Origin: an archaeon
Lineage (GTDB): Archaea > AGJL01 > Methanococci > Methanococcales > Methanocaldococcaceae
Assembly: GCA_024278985.1 (NCBI GenBank)
Contig: JAJRSC010000018.1
Span: 1-42,392, forward strand
Length of the DNA stretch: 42,392 nucleotides
Direction: 5' to 3'
Position numbers and translations under genes: made by a program. Below the pieces are notes generated by a model that was not told the DNA's origin, did no database searches, and saw only the letters and a program-made list of their open reading frames with translations. Shown here piece by piece: positions 31,332 through 41,991 of the stretch. Within the stretch, counting starts at the first letter, position 1; each line of letters starts with the position of its first letter.

Positions 31332-31922
31332 TTATAAAAAGTTAATTAATTTTAAAAGAGCTTCATAAGAAGTTAAAAATAATTTTATTGAGAATATAAT
31401 AAAAACAAGTGCTGCAAATTTATTAAAAATAAAAAGATTTTTTTCATCTAAATTTATTTTAGAACTAATCATTCCAGCAGATAAAAATGCTAATGCAATT
31501 CCCAAATATAGATAAATTAAACTTAAAATTAAACTACTATTTAAAAAAGGAGTTATAATAATTGCAAAAAATACCATTGCCTTAGGATTACTAAGATTTA
31601 ATATTAATCCTTGTAAATATATATGTTTTTTATTAATATTAATATCTTTTAGTTTTACATTTTCTTTTAAAATATTTATTGCCAAATAAATTAAATATAT
31701 TGCCCCAATACTTCCAACTATAAACTGAAAATATGGATTTTTTCCTAAACTTTCAAGTCCTATATATACTAAAAATAAATATACTATATTCCCTGATAAT
31801 ATGCCACTAACTGCTAATAATACCTCTGTAAGCCCATATTTTAATCCAGTCCTTATTATAAAAAATATATCTGGTCCAGGAGTTAATGCAGCAATAAATC
31901 CAATTATTGCTAACTCTATCAT
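31332..31922 (-). CDS. LysE/RhtB family amino-acid exporter
   Basis: TPGPD, GAIYLIYLA and LNLSNPKA motifs; hydrophobic. Confidence 0.92.
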   Translation of the reverse strand: MIELAIIGFIAALTPGPDIFFIIRTGLKYGLTEVLLAVSGILSGNIVYLFLVYIGLESLGKNPYFQFIVGSIGAIYLIYLAINILKENVKLKDININKKHIYLQGLILNLSNPKAMVFFAIIITPFLNSSLILSLIYLYLGIALAFLSAGMISSKINLDEKNLFIFNKFAALVFIIFSIKLFLTSYEALLKLINFL

Positions 31923-31933
31923 AAAAAAAATCC

Positions 31934-33106
31934 TTAATTTATTTTTGTTCTTAGAATTACTAAACTGTTGTTGTTAAAAGTTTTTGGTAGTGATTTTAAA
32001 TATTTCCCTTTAATATAGTTACTTAACTCTTTCCCAATATCTCCAACAAAATAATAGTTAGCAGAATATTTTTTTAATATATCTTTTAACTTTAAAATAT
32101 CAATTTCCTCACATACAACTCCAAAATCTCCCCCAATATATATATCCCCATCTTTAAAAATATCTAAAAAATCCTTAATAGCATAATCAATTGCTTTAAC
32201 ATCTAAACCAGGATTTATATTTTTTATAATATAATATTTATTTTTCTCAACTTCCATTCTATTTTTTAACCTAAATGTTTTAATTTTATTAATTATTTTT
32301 TCTTCATCCATCAAATTTTTACAAATTTCAAAGGCAAATATTATATTTTCTATAAAATGAGTACCCAAAATAGAATGATTTAGATTAAATTCAATATCCT
32401 TATAAACAAATGATAGAGGATATTTATTTTTTATTAAAATATTTTCTGTATCTAAAATATTTGCATTAACATTTATATTATATCTTCTTATATCCTTTAT
32501 ATTTACATATCCTTTTTTAGCAAATTTTAAAGTTGAATACTTAGCAAATAAGGCATTTCTTTTATTCTTAGCAATTTTATAATTTTCAACAATGTTTATA
32601 ATTCCTCCATAATCACATTTAACTAACCCTAAAGAACATTCAAATACATATAAATCATAATTATACTTCTCTAAAATCTTTAAAAGAGTAACAGGAGTTA
32701 TTGAGCCATAATTAGAGTTATGTAAAAAAATATTTTTATATTCATCTTTTAAAATATGATATATTAATTCTGTTGTTGTAGTTTTTCCTTTTACTCCTGT
32801 TATACATATAATATTTTTATTGTAATAATCCTCTTCAATAATTTGAGAAACTGCTTCATGAAAAGAAACAAAATTATCAATTGGACAATGAATAGGGGCT
32901 ATGACTTTCTCATATTTCTCAAAATCTGGCTTATCTAAAAAGAGTTTAATATCATATTTAGACTTTAATTTTTGATAGTATTTTTTAGCTTCATCAGATT
33001 TTAAAGTTTTTTTGTATATATCATATACATCTACTTTAATACCCCTTTTTAAATAGTATTCAGCCAAATCCAGAGCACCATGATTTACATCAACTAACAA
33101 CAACAT
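31934..33106 (-). CDS. cfbE: coenzyme F430 synthetase (Mur-ligase-like)
   Basis: DVNHGA, APIHCP, ITGVKGKTTT, SITP, E.SLG, Y.IA, NPG and VCEE motifs. Confidence 0.87.
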   Translation of the reverse strand: MLLLVDVNHGALDLAEYYLKRGIKVDVYDIYKKTLKSDEAKKYYQKLKSKYDIKLFLDKPDFEKYEKVIAPIHCPIDNFVSFHEAVSQIIEEDYYNKNIICITGVKGKTTTTELIYHILKDEYKNIFLHNSNYGSITPVTLLKILEKYNYDLYVFECSLGLVKCDYGGIINIVENYKIAKNKRNALFAKYSTLKFAKKGYVNIKDIRRYNINVNANILDTENILIKNKYPLSFVYKDIEFNLNHSILGTHFIENIIFAFEICKNLMDEEKIINKIKTFRLKNRMEVEKNKYYIIKNINPGLDVKAIDYAIKDFLDIFKDGDIYIGGDFGVVCEEIDILKLKDILKKYSANYYFVGDIGKELSNYIKGKYLKSLPKTFNNNSLVILRTKIN

Positions 33107-33713
33107 TGTTTATATCCCCTACTAATATAGCAATTATAAACCTACTCTCTGCTTTATCCAACTCTTTTGTTGAATTACCTTCAATAATAAATACATTTCC
33201 AATTCTTTTTATAGTTGCTGTATTGTTTGTTTTATAAATCTCAATAACCATAGTTTTATTATTTGTAGTTAAATATCTAACTTCCTCAGGTGTGAAGTAA
33301 GTATATTTTTCAGTTCCATTATAAAATATTGCTTTGGCATTGACAGTTCCATTTTTTTCTTTATTAAGCTCAATAATTATATTATGTGGATAAAATTGAT
33401 TAAACCATTTTAACTTTGTTATTAGGTCAATCATTGAGACTCCTCCCTCTTCTGGAGAGATATTAAAGTCTCCTCTTATATAGAGTAGTTTTTTTGTATG
33501 ATAGTACTCATAAATCTCTTTATCAGTTGTATTTATAAGTCTAACTTTTTTAGCCTCTCCTATAGTTGCCCTTAAAGGAATCTCTATTGGTTCATTTTTA
33601 TATTCTATAATAATTTTATTTTTCATATCCTTTAAAGATGTTGAATTGTTAATACACATTGTTAAGGAAACAAACATTACAGAAACAATAAATAGAATTA
33701 ACAATTTTCTCAT
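33090..33713 (-). CDS. hypothetical secreted protein / lipoprotein
   Basis: Basic plus hydrophobic N-terminus ending SLTMC. Confidence 0.7.
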   Translation of the reverse strand: MRKLLILFIVSVMFVSLTMCINNSTSLKDMKNKIIIEYKNEPIEIPLRATIGEAKKVRLINTTDKEIYEYYHTKKLLYIRGDFNISPEEGGVSMIDLITKLKWFNQFYPHNIIIELNKEKNGTVNAKAIFYNGTEKYTYFTPEEVRYLTTNNKTMVIEIYKTNNTATIKRIGNVFIIEGNSTKELDKAESRFIIAILVGDINNVVVS

Positions 33714-33715
33714 AA

Positions 33716-34333
33716 CTATCCCTCTTTTAAGTATCTATATCCATAATATAGAACAATTCCTAATATAATTAAATACCAATACTCTTTTGCATAAATTGAA
33801 AGATATCCCAAGTATGGAATAACAAGGGGCTTTCCATTGATTGTAACAACTTTCTGGACTATTTGGTCCTTTCTTATAAGTTCTGGGTCATGAATTGGAT
33901 TATTATCTCCTTTTGTTATATAGTAGGTTTCTCCTCTAAAATCTATTTTTTTAATAACTCTATGTACAACAGGAAGAGTATTAAAATAACCATCAATTTC
34001 ATAGATATAAAAATTATCTGCTTTTCCAAGATATTTTATAACAATACTATTTTTTTTAGAAACATTAAATAAAAATAATGTATCTTCTGGATTTTTCTTT
34101 ATTAATGCATAGATATTAAAATTTATATTTGGCCAATGAGCTTTATATACAACAATATCCCCAACATTTATATCTTTAAACTCCCAACCTGCATTTTCTA
34201 CAATTATTAAATCACCTCTTTTAAAAACTGGATACATACTATTAGAAACAACAACATTAATATGACTCCAAATTATAAAAAGAAAGATTAAAAAAATAAT
34301 CCATTCATATAATTCTTTTTTATTTATTTTGAT
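33716..34333 (-). CDS. signal peptidase I (Sec11-like, S26); start extended to a non-canonical ATC
   Basis: VVSNSMYP..RGD, VVHRV, TKGDNN..D, IPYLGY; TM anchor and catalytic Ser lie upstream of the ORF-track Met. Confidence 0.85.
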   Translation of the reverse strand: MKINKKELYEWIIFLIFLFIIWSHINVVVSNSMYPVFKRGDLIIVENAGWEFKDINVGDIVVYKAHWPNINFNIYALIKKNPEDTLFLFNVSKKNSIVIKYLGKADNFYIYEIDGYFNTLPVVHRVIKKIDFRGETYYITKGDNNPIHDPELIRKDQIVQKVVTINGKPLVIPYLGYLSIYAKEYWYLIILGIVLYYGYRYLKEG

Positions 34334-34378
34334 ACTCTCACCTAATTATAATATTATTATAATATTAAAAAATATTAA

Positions 34379-35671
34379 TTAAAAGAAAGGACATCTAAAG
34401 TTCTCTCCTGCATATTTAGATAATCCAAGTTCTTCCTCAATTCTTATAAGTTGGTTATATTTTGCAGTTCTTTCTCCTCTTGCATGAGCACCTGTTTTTA
34501 TTTGTCCAGAGTTTAAAGCAACAGATAAATCTGCAATTGTTGTATCTTCAGTTTCTCCACTTCTGTGAGAAACAATAACACCATAACCATTTCTAAATGC
34601 TAAATTAGCAGCATCAATTGCTTCACTTAATGTTCCTATTTGATTAACCTTTAACAATAATGCATTTGCTGCCTTTCTTTTAATACCTTCCTTTAATCTT
34701 TCAACATTGGTAACAAATAAGTCATCTCCAACTATTTGTATATCTAACTCTTTAGTAATTATTGCAAAACCTTCAAAATCTTCCTCATGGAATGGGTCCT
34801 CAATTGAGACAATTGGATATCTATTTACTAAATCTTTATAATACTCTAAAAGTTCCTCTCTACTTAGTTTTTTTCCATCAATATAATAAACTCCTTCTTC
34901 CTTATTGTAAAATTCTGTGGCAGCTGCATCTAAGGCAAATACTACCTTATCCTCATAGCCTGATTTTTTTACACTTTCAACCAGTAAATCTAATGCTTCA
35001 TCACTCTTTTTTAAAGGTGGAGCAAAACCACCCTCATCTCCTACATTTATAGCTCCTTTTCCATATTTATCAATAATTACATTTTTGAGAGTATGATATA
35101 CCTCTACCCCTATCCTTATTGCTTCACTTATAGAACTTGCTCCAACTGGCATAATCATAAACTCCTGTATTGCTAAATCATTACCAGCATGTTTTCCGCC
35201 ATTTATTATATTCATTAGTGGAACTGGAAGGATATAGCTATTTATGCCTCCTAAGTATTTATAAAGTGGTAATTTTGCAGTACTTGCAGCTGCTTTGGCA
35301 ACTGCCAAGGATACTGCCAATATTGCATTTGCTCCAAGTTTTGATTTATTTGGAGTTCCATCAAGTTCTATCATAATATAATCTATTTCTCTCTGCATTC
35401 TTGAATCATATCCAATAAGTTCTGGCTTTATTATTGAGTTAATATTTTCAACTGCCATTAAAACTCCTTTTCCACCAAATCTTTTTTCCCTGTCTCTTAA
35501 CTCTAATGCCTCATGTGTCCCTGTTGATGCACCACTTGGAACTATAGCTCTTCCATAACCATTTCCCTTAGTTAAAACTTCAACTTCAACAGTTGGGTTA
35601 CCTCTTGAGTCTATAACTTCTCTGGCTATAATATCCTTAATTTCAAATTTCTCATCTATATTAATAAGCAT
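34379..35671 (-). CDS. eno: enolase
   Basis: [38 protein letters not shown]. Confidence 0.97.
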   Translation of the reverse strand: MLINIDEKFEIKDIIAREVIDSRGNPTVEVEVLTKGNGYGRAIVPSGASTGTHEALELRDREKRFGGKGVLMAVENINSIIKPELIGYDSRMQREIDYIMIELDGTPNKSKLGANAILAVSLAVAKAAASTAKLPLYKYLGGINSYILPVPLMNIINGGKHAGNDLAIQEFMIMPVGASSISEAIRIGVEVYHTLKNVIIDKYGKGAINVGDEGGFAPPLKKSDEALDLLVESVKKSGYEDKVVFALDAAATEFYNKEEGVYYIDGKKLSREELLEYYKDLVNRYPIVSIEDPFHEEDFEGFAIITKELDIQIVGDDLFVTNVERLKEGIKRKAANALLLKVNQIGTLSEAIDAANLAFRNGYGVIVSHRSGETEDTTIADLSVALNSGQIKTGAHARGERTAKYNQLIRIEEELGLSKYAGENFRCPFF

Positions 35672-36048
35672 ATATATCCCTCCTAAAATTAATTTAGTTA
35701 AAATAAATACAACAAGGTTATATTTTTAGTTTGTTATCATATAACTGACTGTGTAATTTTGATGATTTATTCTTTATTTGCTAAATAAATGAATTATAAA
35801 TAATAACTTAAACAATAAATACGTACTTTTATTAATAGTCTAAAAATTCCAATGAAAATATAAATTATACTAAAATCTTATAATTGTTAATTTTATCCAT
35901 AACATAAAATGGTCTAAAACTTAAAAAAGTAATTATATTGTATTTTGCTCAAAAAAGACCCTTTAAATTGTATTTTCCATAATTTACATATAAATTGTGC
36001 ATACCTTACAAATAAATAATTGGAATAATTAAATATATTTATTTTTTA

Positions 36049-36435
36049 TTATTTTGGATAGGCATCTTCTGGGAGGAATTTATATAATTCTGGTCTTCTT
36101 GATAATGTTAATATATCATCAAATATTCCTGCAGTAATATCAACAACTCCAACAGCTCCAACTATATTATCATTTTCTACTATTGGAGTAACTATAACTG
36201 GAAGTCCCTTATATGGACCATCAATAGGTGTAGCTTTTATAGTTTTTCCTAACATAATTGCCAATTTTAAAACATATCCCTCATAATTAGTATCAACAAC
36301 TTTTCCCTTCTCTATTCTAACACCAGGCTTATTTTTACTTCTTATACTTACAGGTAGCTTATTTACTAAAACATGTATCGCCTTTGCTATGGGTATTAAA
36401 TCTTCAGCTGTTGAATCTTCAGATATTCTTATCAT
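36049..36435 (-). CDS. DUF2111-family protein
   Basis: LPVS.RS....GVRIE.G.VVD.NY.G and G.Y.G.PV.V.P...GVVD motifs; ATG 36435 follows GGTGA. Confidence 0.75.
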   Translation of the reverse strand: MIRISEDSTAEDLIPIAKAIHVLVNKLPVSIRSKNKPGVRIEKGKVVDTNYEGYVLKLAIMLGKTIKATPIDGPYKGLPVIVTPIVENDNIVGAVGVVDITAGIFDDILTLSRRPELYKFLPEDAYPK

Positions 36436-36498
36436 AAATTTCACCTACTAATATAATTATAATATTTTATATTATAAAATAATTATTTTATTAAAATT

Positions 36499-36732
36499 AT
36501 GAAACTAAAAGATATTATAAATAAAATCTTTTGGCATCCTGATTATAATAAGGAAGATTATGAAATTATTATTTTACATAGAGGTGGTAAAGATAATAAA
36601 AAATCCATAAATTTAGAAGATATCAAATTAGAGGGTAATTTTATAATATATTATGATTCCTATATCCCCCTCCATAGAGTTTTAGCAATAAGAAATAAAA
36701 AAACAGGAGAGTTAATATATTCTAAATATTAA
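36499..36732 (+). CDS. UPF0248 / MJ1316-family small protein
   Basis: [12 protein letters not shown] and IPLHRV motifs. Confidence 0.85.
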   Translation: MKLKDIINKIFWHPDYNKEDYEIIILHRGGKDNKKSINLEDIKLEGNFIIYYDSYIPLHRVLAIRNKKTGELIYSKY

Positions 36733-39269
36733 CCTTTAATAACTCCTAATGGTCTCATTCTTACGACTTTTTTAGAGATTCCTGCTTTATGAGCTGTATC
36801 AGCCACTAAATCAACACTTTTATAAGCATCTGGAGCTTCTTCTGCTAAAACTGCCTTAGAATCACTCATTACAATAATACCCTCACTTTCTAATTTTCTT
36901 TTAATTTCTTTACCTTTCCAGATTTTTAGAGCTTTGGCTCTACTTAACTTTCTACCTGCTCCATGAGCAGTTGAACCAAATGTTTCCATCATCGCCTTCT
37001 CTGTTCCAGCCATTATATAAGAAGCTGTTCCCATATCTCCTGGTAAAATAACTGGCTGACCTACATCTCTGTATAGTTTAGGAATTGCTTCATGATTATA
37101 AAATGCTCTTGTAGCTCCTTTTCTATGAACAACAACCTTAACCTTTCTTTTATCTATTTTATGTTCCTCTTTTTTTGCTATGTTATGGGCCACATCATAA
37201 AGTATATACATCTCCATATCTTCTGCATATCTATTAAATACATCTTCAAAACTTTCTCTAACCCAGTGAGTAATCATCTGTCTATTTGCCCATGCATAGT
37301 TTGCTGCTGCACACATAGCTTTATAATAACTTTGCCCTTCTTCAGATTCAAATGGAGCACATGCTAACTGTCTGTCAGGAATTGATATACCATATCTTTT
37401 ATATGCCTTCTCTAAGATTCTTAAGTAGTCAGTACAGACTTGATGACCTAAACCTCTTGACCCACAATGTACCATAACTACTACTTGATTTTTCTCTAAA
37501 CCATAAACTTCTGCTATTTCTCTATCATAAATTTCTTGTATATATTGAACTTCTAAGAAGTGATTTCCACTTCCTAAACTTCCTAACTGAACTCTACCCC
37601 TTTCTTTTGCTTTATCAGAAACATAAGAAGAATCTGCATCTTTCATACATCCATTTTCTTCTATAAACTCTAAATCTTCTTTCCAACCATAACCTTCTCT
37701 AACAGCCCATCTAACACCTTCTTCTAATACTTCATCCATTACACTCTTACTAAATTTAAGAATTCCCTTACTACCTAAACCTGATGGAACATTTTTAAAT
37801 AATGTTTTAATCAACTCCTTAATTTTTGGTTGTACTTCATCTTTTGTAAGATTTGTTTTTATAACTCTAACTCCACAGTTATGGACAACTATACCATTAG
37901 CTATAAAATTATGCTCCTCTTTAATAACTCCAATATCATATAACTCATCATTGTAAGGAATAGTTTTTATTTCTTTAATTTCATCTAAAACAAATCCTCC
38001 TATTAAACCATATTTTTTTATAAACTCTGTAAGATTTCCTTTATGTTTTCTTTTTAAATATTCACAAAGTAATAAACCAAAAATCTTTTTTTTCTTATTG
38101 TACTCAAAGTTTATTTTTCTTAAAAATTCTAATTTATCATTATCCATATCTATAATTAATTTATCTTTATAAATCTTACAATTTATTTCAAACTCAGATA
38201 ATAAAATTTTTATGTCTTTTAAAAATTCATTTATTGGAATTTTTATGAATATGAAAGTGTTTATTTCTCCAATAGCACCAAACAATCCAGATAAGAAATT
38301 TCTCTTAATCCATTTTGGGGCTTCTTTAATCCAGTCAGGAATTTGATTTATATTTTCAAATCCCAATTTGTTAATAAATTGTATAAATGCCTCTGAACTT
38401 ATTATAATATACTTATCTTTTTCTAATATATCAACTCTTAACTTCTTTAAATCATTTTTAATATTTTTTAAAGTTTCTTTATCTCCAAATATTAACAGCT
38501 TATTATCTTCACATTTTCCATTTCCAAATATATAACCCAACAATCTTGCAACTGTTCCTATATATTTACTATCCATTTTAAATGGTATTAAATTTTTATT
38601 TTTTAAGTATTCTACAAAGTTTGGATTTATATCATCTTTATTTAGTATTATTTTGTTGGATGGTTTTATATACTCTACACCATCATAAGGATACACAACT
38701 ATTAACTCACCTTTTTTTAATAATTTCATTGGTTTATAACCCTCAACTGTTAAAATTGGATGGTCTTCACTACCTTTTAAAATTCTACCAGATTTAGTTA
38801 TTATTTTTATTATAACTTTTCCATTCTCTTTTCTTTCTGAAACAAATAATATTCTTGAACTTTTTTCTCCTTCATTTTTATTATATATTTTTATATTTAA
38901 ATTTATATTTTCTTTTAAATCCTTTATTTTGATAAAATAACCATCTTCAGTTAAAATCTTAGTATCTGGAGTAAGACAGTTAATATCAAAACCAACTCCT
39001 CCAGGGCTTATGACTCCATCTTTTTGGTCAAATGCTGCAACTCCTCCAATAGGAAAACCATAACCATAATGAACATCTGGCATGGCTATAGAATACTTAT
39101 ATATTCCAGGTAGGCATGCAACATTAGCAATTTGTTCTAAAACCTCTGGCTCTAATTCATCCAATAATATCTCATTTAAATAAATTCTTCCAGGAACTCT
39201 CATACAGTCCTTATAATCCTTTGGAAGTTCCCAAACTACATCATCAATTCTTTTTAATATCTCTTTCAT
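36729..39269 (-). CDS. rtcB: RNA-splicing ligase RtcB precursor containing an intein
   Basis: [44 protein letters not shown]. Confidence 0.96.
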   Translation of the reverse strand: MKEILKRIDDVVWELPKDYKDCMRVPGRIYLNEILLDELEPEVLEQIANVACLPGIYKYSIAMPDVHYGYGFPIGGVAAFDQKDGVISPGGVGFDINCLTPDTKILTEDGYFIKIKDLKENINLNIKIYNKNEGEKSSRILFVSERKENGKVIIKIITKSGRILKGSEDHPILTVEGYKPMKLLKKGELIVVYPYDGVEYIKPSNKIILNKDDINPNFVEYLKNKNLIPFKMDSKYIGTVARLLGYIFGNGKCEDNKLLIFGDKETLKNIKNDLKKLRVDILEKDKYIIISSEAFIQFINKLGFENINQIPDWIKEAPKWIKRNFLSGLFGAIGEINTFIFIKIPINEFLKDIKILLSEFEINCKIYKDKLIIDMDNDKLEFLRKINFEYNKKKKIFGLLLCEYLKRKHKGNLTEFIKKYGLIGGFVLDEIKEIKTIPYNDELYDIGVIKEEHNFIANGIVVHNCGVRVIKTNLTKDEVQPKIKELIKTLFKNVPSGLGSKGILKFSKSVMDEVLEEGVRWAVREGYGWKEDLEFIEENGCMKDADSSYVSDKAKERGRVQLGSLGSGNHFLEVQYIQEIYDREIAEVYGLEKNQVVVMVHCGSRGLGHQVCTDYLRILEKAYKRYGISIPDRQLACAPFESEEGQSYYKAMCAAANYAWANRQMITHWVRESFEDVFNRYAEDMEMYILYDVAHNIAKKEEHKIDKRKVKVVVHRKGATRAFYNHEAIPKLYRDVGQPVILPGDMGTASYIMAGTEKAMMETFGSTAHGAGRKLSRAKALKIWKGKEIKRKLESEGIIVMSDSKAVLAEEAPDAYKSVDLVADTAHKAGISKKVVRMRPLGVIKG
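37878..38978 (-). mobile_element. 367-aa intein with degenerate LAGLIDADG domain
   Basis: Begins [10 protein letters not shown] after N97, block B SEDHPIL, ends [11 protein letters not shown] followed by Cys(+1). Confidence 0.93.
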
Positions 39270-39496
39270 AATTTATCCCTCAAATATGTTTTAATTATTT
39301 TATTAATTAATAAAAAATAATTTAAGTAGGAATATAAAATTTTACCACTATTTACTTATCAAAAAATAATTAACTAAACTAATTCTAATAACTATTTATC
39401 AATTTACCTCATAACTTTTTAACTAAATTTATATACTACAAAAAATTTAATTATATGAAGTAGGAATATTATATACATTATTAAGGTGATACTTAT

Positions 39497-40801
39497 ATGG
39501 TTTTTGAGGAATTTTTTATTTCATTAGGAAATAAATATAAAAAAGATAAAGAAGAATTTAAAGAATTTGATGAAATTAAAGAGTTAGAAGAAATTAAAAA
39601 AGATGAAAATGAAAAAGAAACAATTGAAAATTTAGATAAAGATGCAAAAATTGCAGAATTAGAGGCTAAGATTTTAAGATTGGAGATGGAGAAGAAAAAC
39701 TTAGAAAAAGAAAATTTCCAATTAATTAAAGAAAATGAAATTTTAAGAAGAGAATTAGATAGAGTAGGAATGCCTCCATTGATTGTTGGGACAGTTGTTG
39801 AAAGAGTTGGAGATAGAAAGGCAGTTGTTAAGAGTTCAACTGGACCAAGTTTTTTAGTAACTATATCTCACTTTGTAAATCCCGATGATATAACTCCTGG
39901 TAAAAGAGTATGTTTAAATCAGCAATCATTATCAATAGTTGATACTCTTCCAGAAACAAAAGATTACAGAGCCAGAGCTATGGAGGTTGAAGAGAGACCT
40001 AATGTTAGATATGAAGATATTGGAGGTTTAGAAAGACAAATTCAGGAAGTTAGAGAAGTTGTAGAACTTCCTTTAAAGCATCCTGAACTATTTGAAAAGG
40101 TAGGAATTGAACCACCAAAAGGTATTTTACTTTATGGACCTCCAGGAACAGGGAAAACATTGTTAGCTAAAGCTGTTGCAAGAGAAACAAATGCTACATT
40201 TATAAGAGTTGTAGGTTCTGAATTGGTTAAAAAATTTATTGGTGAAGGTGCAAGTTTAGTTAAAGATATATTTAAATTAGCCAAAGAAAAGGCACCTTCT
40301 ATAATATTTATTGATGAGATTGATGCAATAGCTGCTAAAAGGACAGAGGCATTAACTGGGGGAGATAGAGAGGTTCAAAGAACATTAATGCAACTCTTAG
40401 CAGAGATGGATGGATTCGACCCAAGAGGAGATGTTAAAATAATAGCTGCAACTAATAGATTAGATATATTAGACCCAGCAATATTAAGACCTGGAAGATT
40501 TGACAGAATTATAGAAGTTCCTCCACCAGATGAGAGAGGAAGATTAGAAATTCTAAAAATTCATACAAGAAAAATGAACTTAGCTGATGATGTTGATTTA
40601 TCTGAAATTGCAAGAATGACAGAGGGATGTGTTGGGGCAGATTTAAAAGCAATATGTACAGAGGCAGGAATGAATGCAATAAGAGAGCTAAGGGATAAAG
40701 TAACTATGGAAGATTTCTTAAAAGCAGTATTTAAAGTTATGGAAAAGAAGAGATGGAGAAAAAGAGAAGAACCAAAACATTTGGAAGTTTTATACAGATA
40801 A
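39497..40801 (+). CDS. pan: proteasome-activating nucleotidase
   Basis: Coiled coil, PPLIVG OB domain, [23 protein letters not shown]-terminal HbYX motif (LYR). Confidence 0.97.
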   Translation: MVFEEFFISLGNKYKKDKEEFKEFDEIKELEEIKKDENEKETIENLDKDAKIAELEAKILRLEMEKKNLEKENFQLIKENEILRRELDRVGMPPLIVGTVVERVGDRKAVVKSSTGPSFLVTISHFVNPDDITPGKRVCLNQQSLSIVDTLPETKDYRARAMEVEERPNVRYEDIGGLERQIQEVREVVELPLKHPELFEKVGIEPPKGILLYGPPGTGKTLLAKAVARETNATFIRVVGSELVKKFIGEGASLVKDIFKLAKEKAPSIIFIDEIDAIAAKRTEALTGGDREVQRTLMQLLAEMDGFDPRGDVKIIAATNRLDILDPAILRPGRFDRIIEVPPPDERGRLEILKIHTRKMNLADDVDLSEIARMTEGCVGADLKAICTEAGMNAIRELRDKVTMEDFLKAVFKVMEKKRWRKREEPKHLEVLYR

Positions 40802-41044
40802 CTTTTCTATTTTTATTTCATAGTTGTGTATAACAGGATTTGCTAAAAGTTTCTCACACATTTCTTTAACTCTCTCTCTTGCTTTTTCTTCATTTTCAGC
40901 ATCTAATACTATATCTAACATTTTATAACTATCAACTTCTTTAACCTCTTTAAAACCTAAGAAATTTAAAGCCTGTTTTATGGTTCTACCTTCTGGGTCT
41001 AACAAACCTTTTTTTAGTTTTATTATTACTGTTGCTTTATACAT
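40790..41044 (-). CDS. purS: phosphoribosylformylglycinamidine synthase subunit PurS
   Basis: LDPEG and LLANPVI motifs. Confidence 0.95.
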   Translation of the reverse strand: MYKATVIIKLKKGLLDPEGRTIKQALNFLGFKEVKEVDSYKMLDIVLDAENEEKARERVKEMCEKLLANPVIHNYEIKIEKLSV

Positions 41045-41765
41045 AATTATCCTCTTTTTTTATTATTCCCAACCTTCCAGCAACTATTTTATATTTTGCA
41101 ATAACATCTCCTAAATCTTTTCTAAAAACATCTTTATCTAAAATATCCCTTGTTTCCTTATCCCACAATCTCATAGTGTCAGGAGAAATTTCATCTGCTA
41201 CAACTAACCCATCCTTACATCTTCCAATTTCTATTTTAAAATCAACTAAAATAATTCCTTTCTTATCAAAGTATTTTTTTAAAATGTCATTAACTTTTAA
41301 AGCTATTTCTCTCATCTCTTTTAACTCTTCTCTTGTTGCTAAATCTAAATTTACAGCAATATCTTCATTAATCATTGGGTCTCCATATTCATCATTTTTA
41401 TAATCAAACTGAACTATTGGCTCCTTTAACTCTTGCCCCTCTTTAAAAGGATATCTTTTACATAAACTTCCAGCAGCTATATTTCTTACAATAACCTCAA
41501 TAGGAATTATTTCAACTTTTTTAGCTAATATTTTATTTGGTTCTATATATTTAATAAAATGTGTCTTAACTCCACTTTCTTCAAGGATTTTAAATAATTC
41601 AGATGAGATTAAGGCATTTAAATATCCTTTTCCTTTTTTAACATCTTTTTTTGCACCATTTCCAGCAGTTATATCATCTCTAAACTCTATTAAAACCTTA
41701 TCCTCATCATACTCATATATTGTTTTTGCTTTTCCTGAATATATTGGCTTCATATCTTCACACAA
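41037..41765 (-). CDS. purC: SAICAR synthase
   Basis: GKAK, EVIVRNIAAGS, LVDFKIE.G, ADEISPDT.RLWD, DKD.FR; start may be ATG 41753. Confidence 0.96.
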   Translation of the reverse strand: MCEDMKPIYSGKAKTIYEYDEDKVLIEFRDDITAGNGAKKDVKKGKGYLNALISSELFKILEESGVKTHFIKYIEPNKILAKKVEIIPIEVIVRNIAAGSLCKRYPFKEGQELKEPIVQFDYKNDEYGDPMINEDIAVNLDLATREELKEMREIALKVNDILKKYFDKKGIILVDFKIEIGRCKDGLVVADEISPDTMRLWDKETRDILDKDVFRKDLGDVIAKYKIVAGRLGIIKKEDNYV

Positions 41766-41796
41766 AAAAATTTTTACATTAAATATCTGTTATGGT

Positions 41797-41810
41797 TATT
41801 TATATATATC
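41797..41810. promoter_or_regulatory. TATA element between divergent purC and the H/ACA sRNA
   Basis: TTTATATATA at 41799-41808, about 30 bp upstream of the sRNA stem and also readable toward purC. Confidence 0.5.
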
Positions 41811-41833
41811 CCCTTTAATAAATAATTATAATA

Positions 41834-41991
41834 TCCCCCTAACCAGCCGAGCCCTGTTGAGGTTCCATTAGGATAACGATGATACAAGGGGCTCGAAGTT
41901 AGGGGGACATCTTTATGGGGCTCGGGCGGGCTGTATGAGAGAGATAACTCTCGATGAAAATGATTACAGCTCAGCAGAGCCCCTAACATTA
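41834..41991 (+). ncRNA. two-hairpin box H/ACA guide sRNA
   Basis: Hairpin 1 CCCCCUAAC/GUUAGGGGG plus ACA (41907-41909); hairpin 2 GGGGCUC/GAGCCCC plus ACA (41986-41988); each has an internal pocket 14 nt from ACA and UGA...GAUGA K-turn-like motifs. Confidence 0.88.

Noticed and set aside
35672-36048. 377-bp AT-rich intergenic region with TGATGA at 35760-35765 (C/D sRNA or origin?)
   Set aside because: No downstream CTGA box D, GC-rich stem, ORF or repeated boxes
198-38797. Antisense short ORFs (198-575, 1462-1719, 1895-2560, 7198-7470, 8692-8883, 10631-10906, 16806-17135, 20094-20318, 24860-25246, 26411-26758, 27938-28438, 30693-30902, 33863-34072, 34762-35376, 37092-37367, 38582-38797; also 41176-41403)
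   Set aside because: They lie opposite well-supported genes and show no recognisable motifs
41774-41989. 71-aa minus-strand ORF
   Set aside because: Shadow of the GC-rich H/ACA sRNA; no protein-like composition
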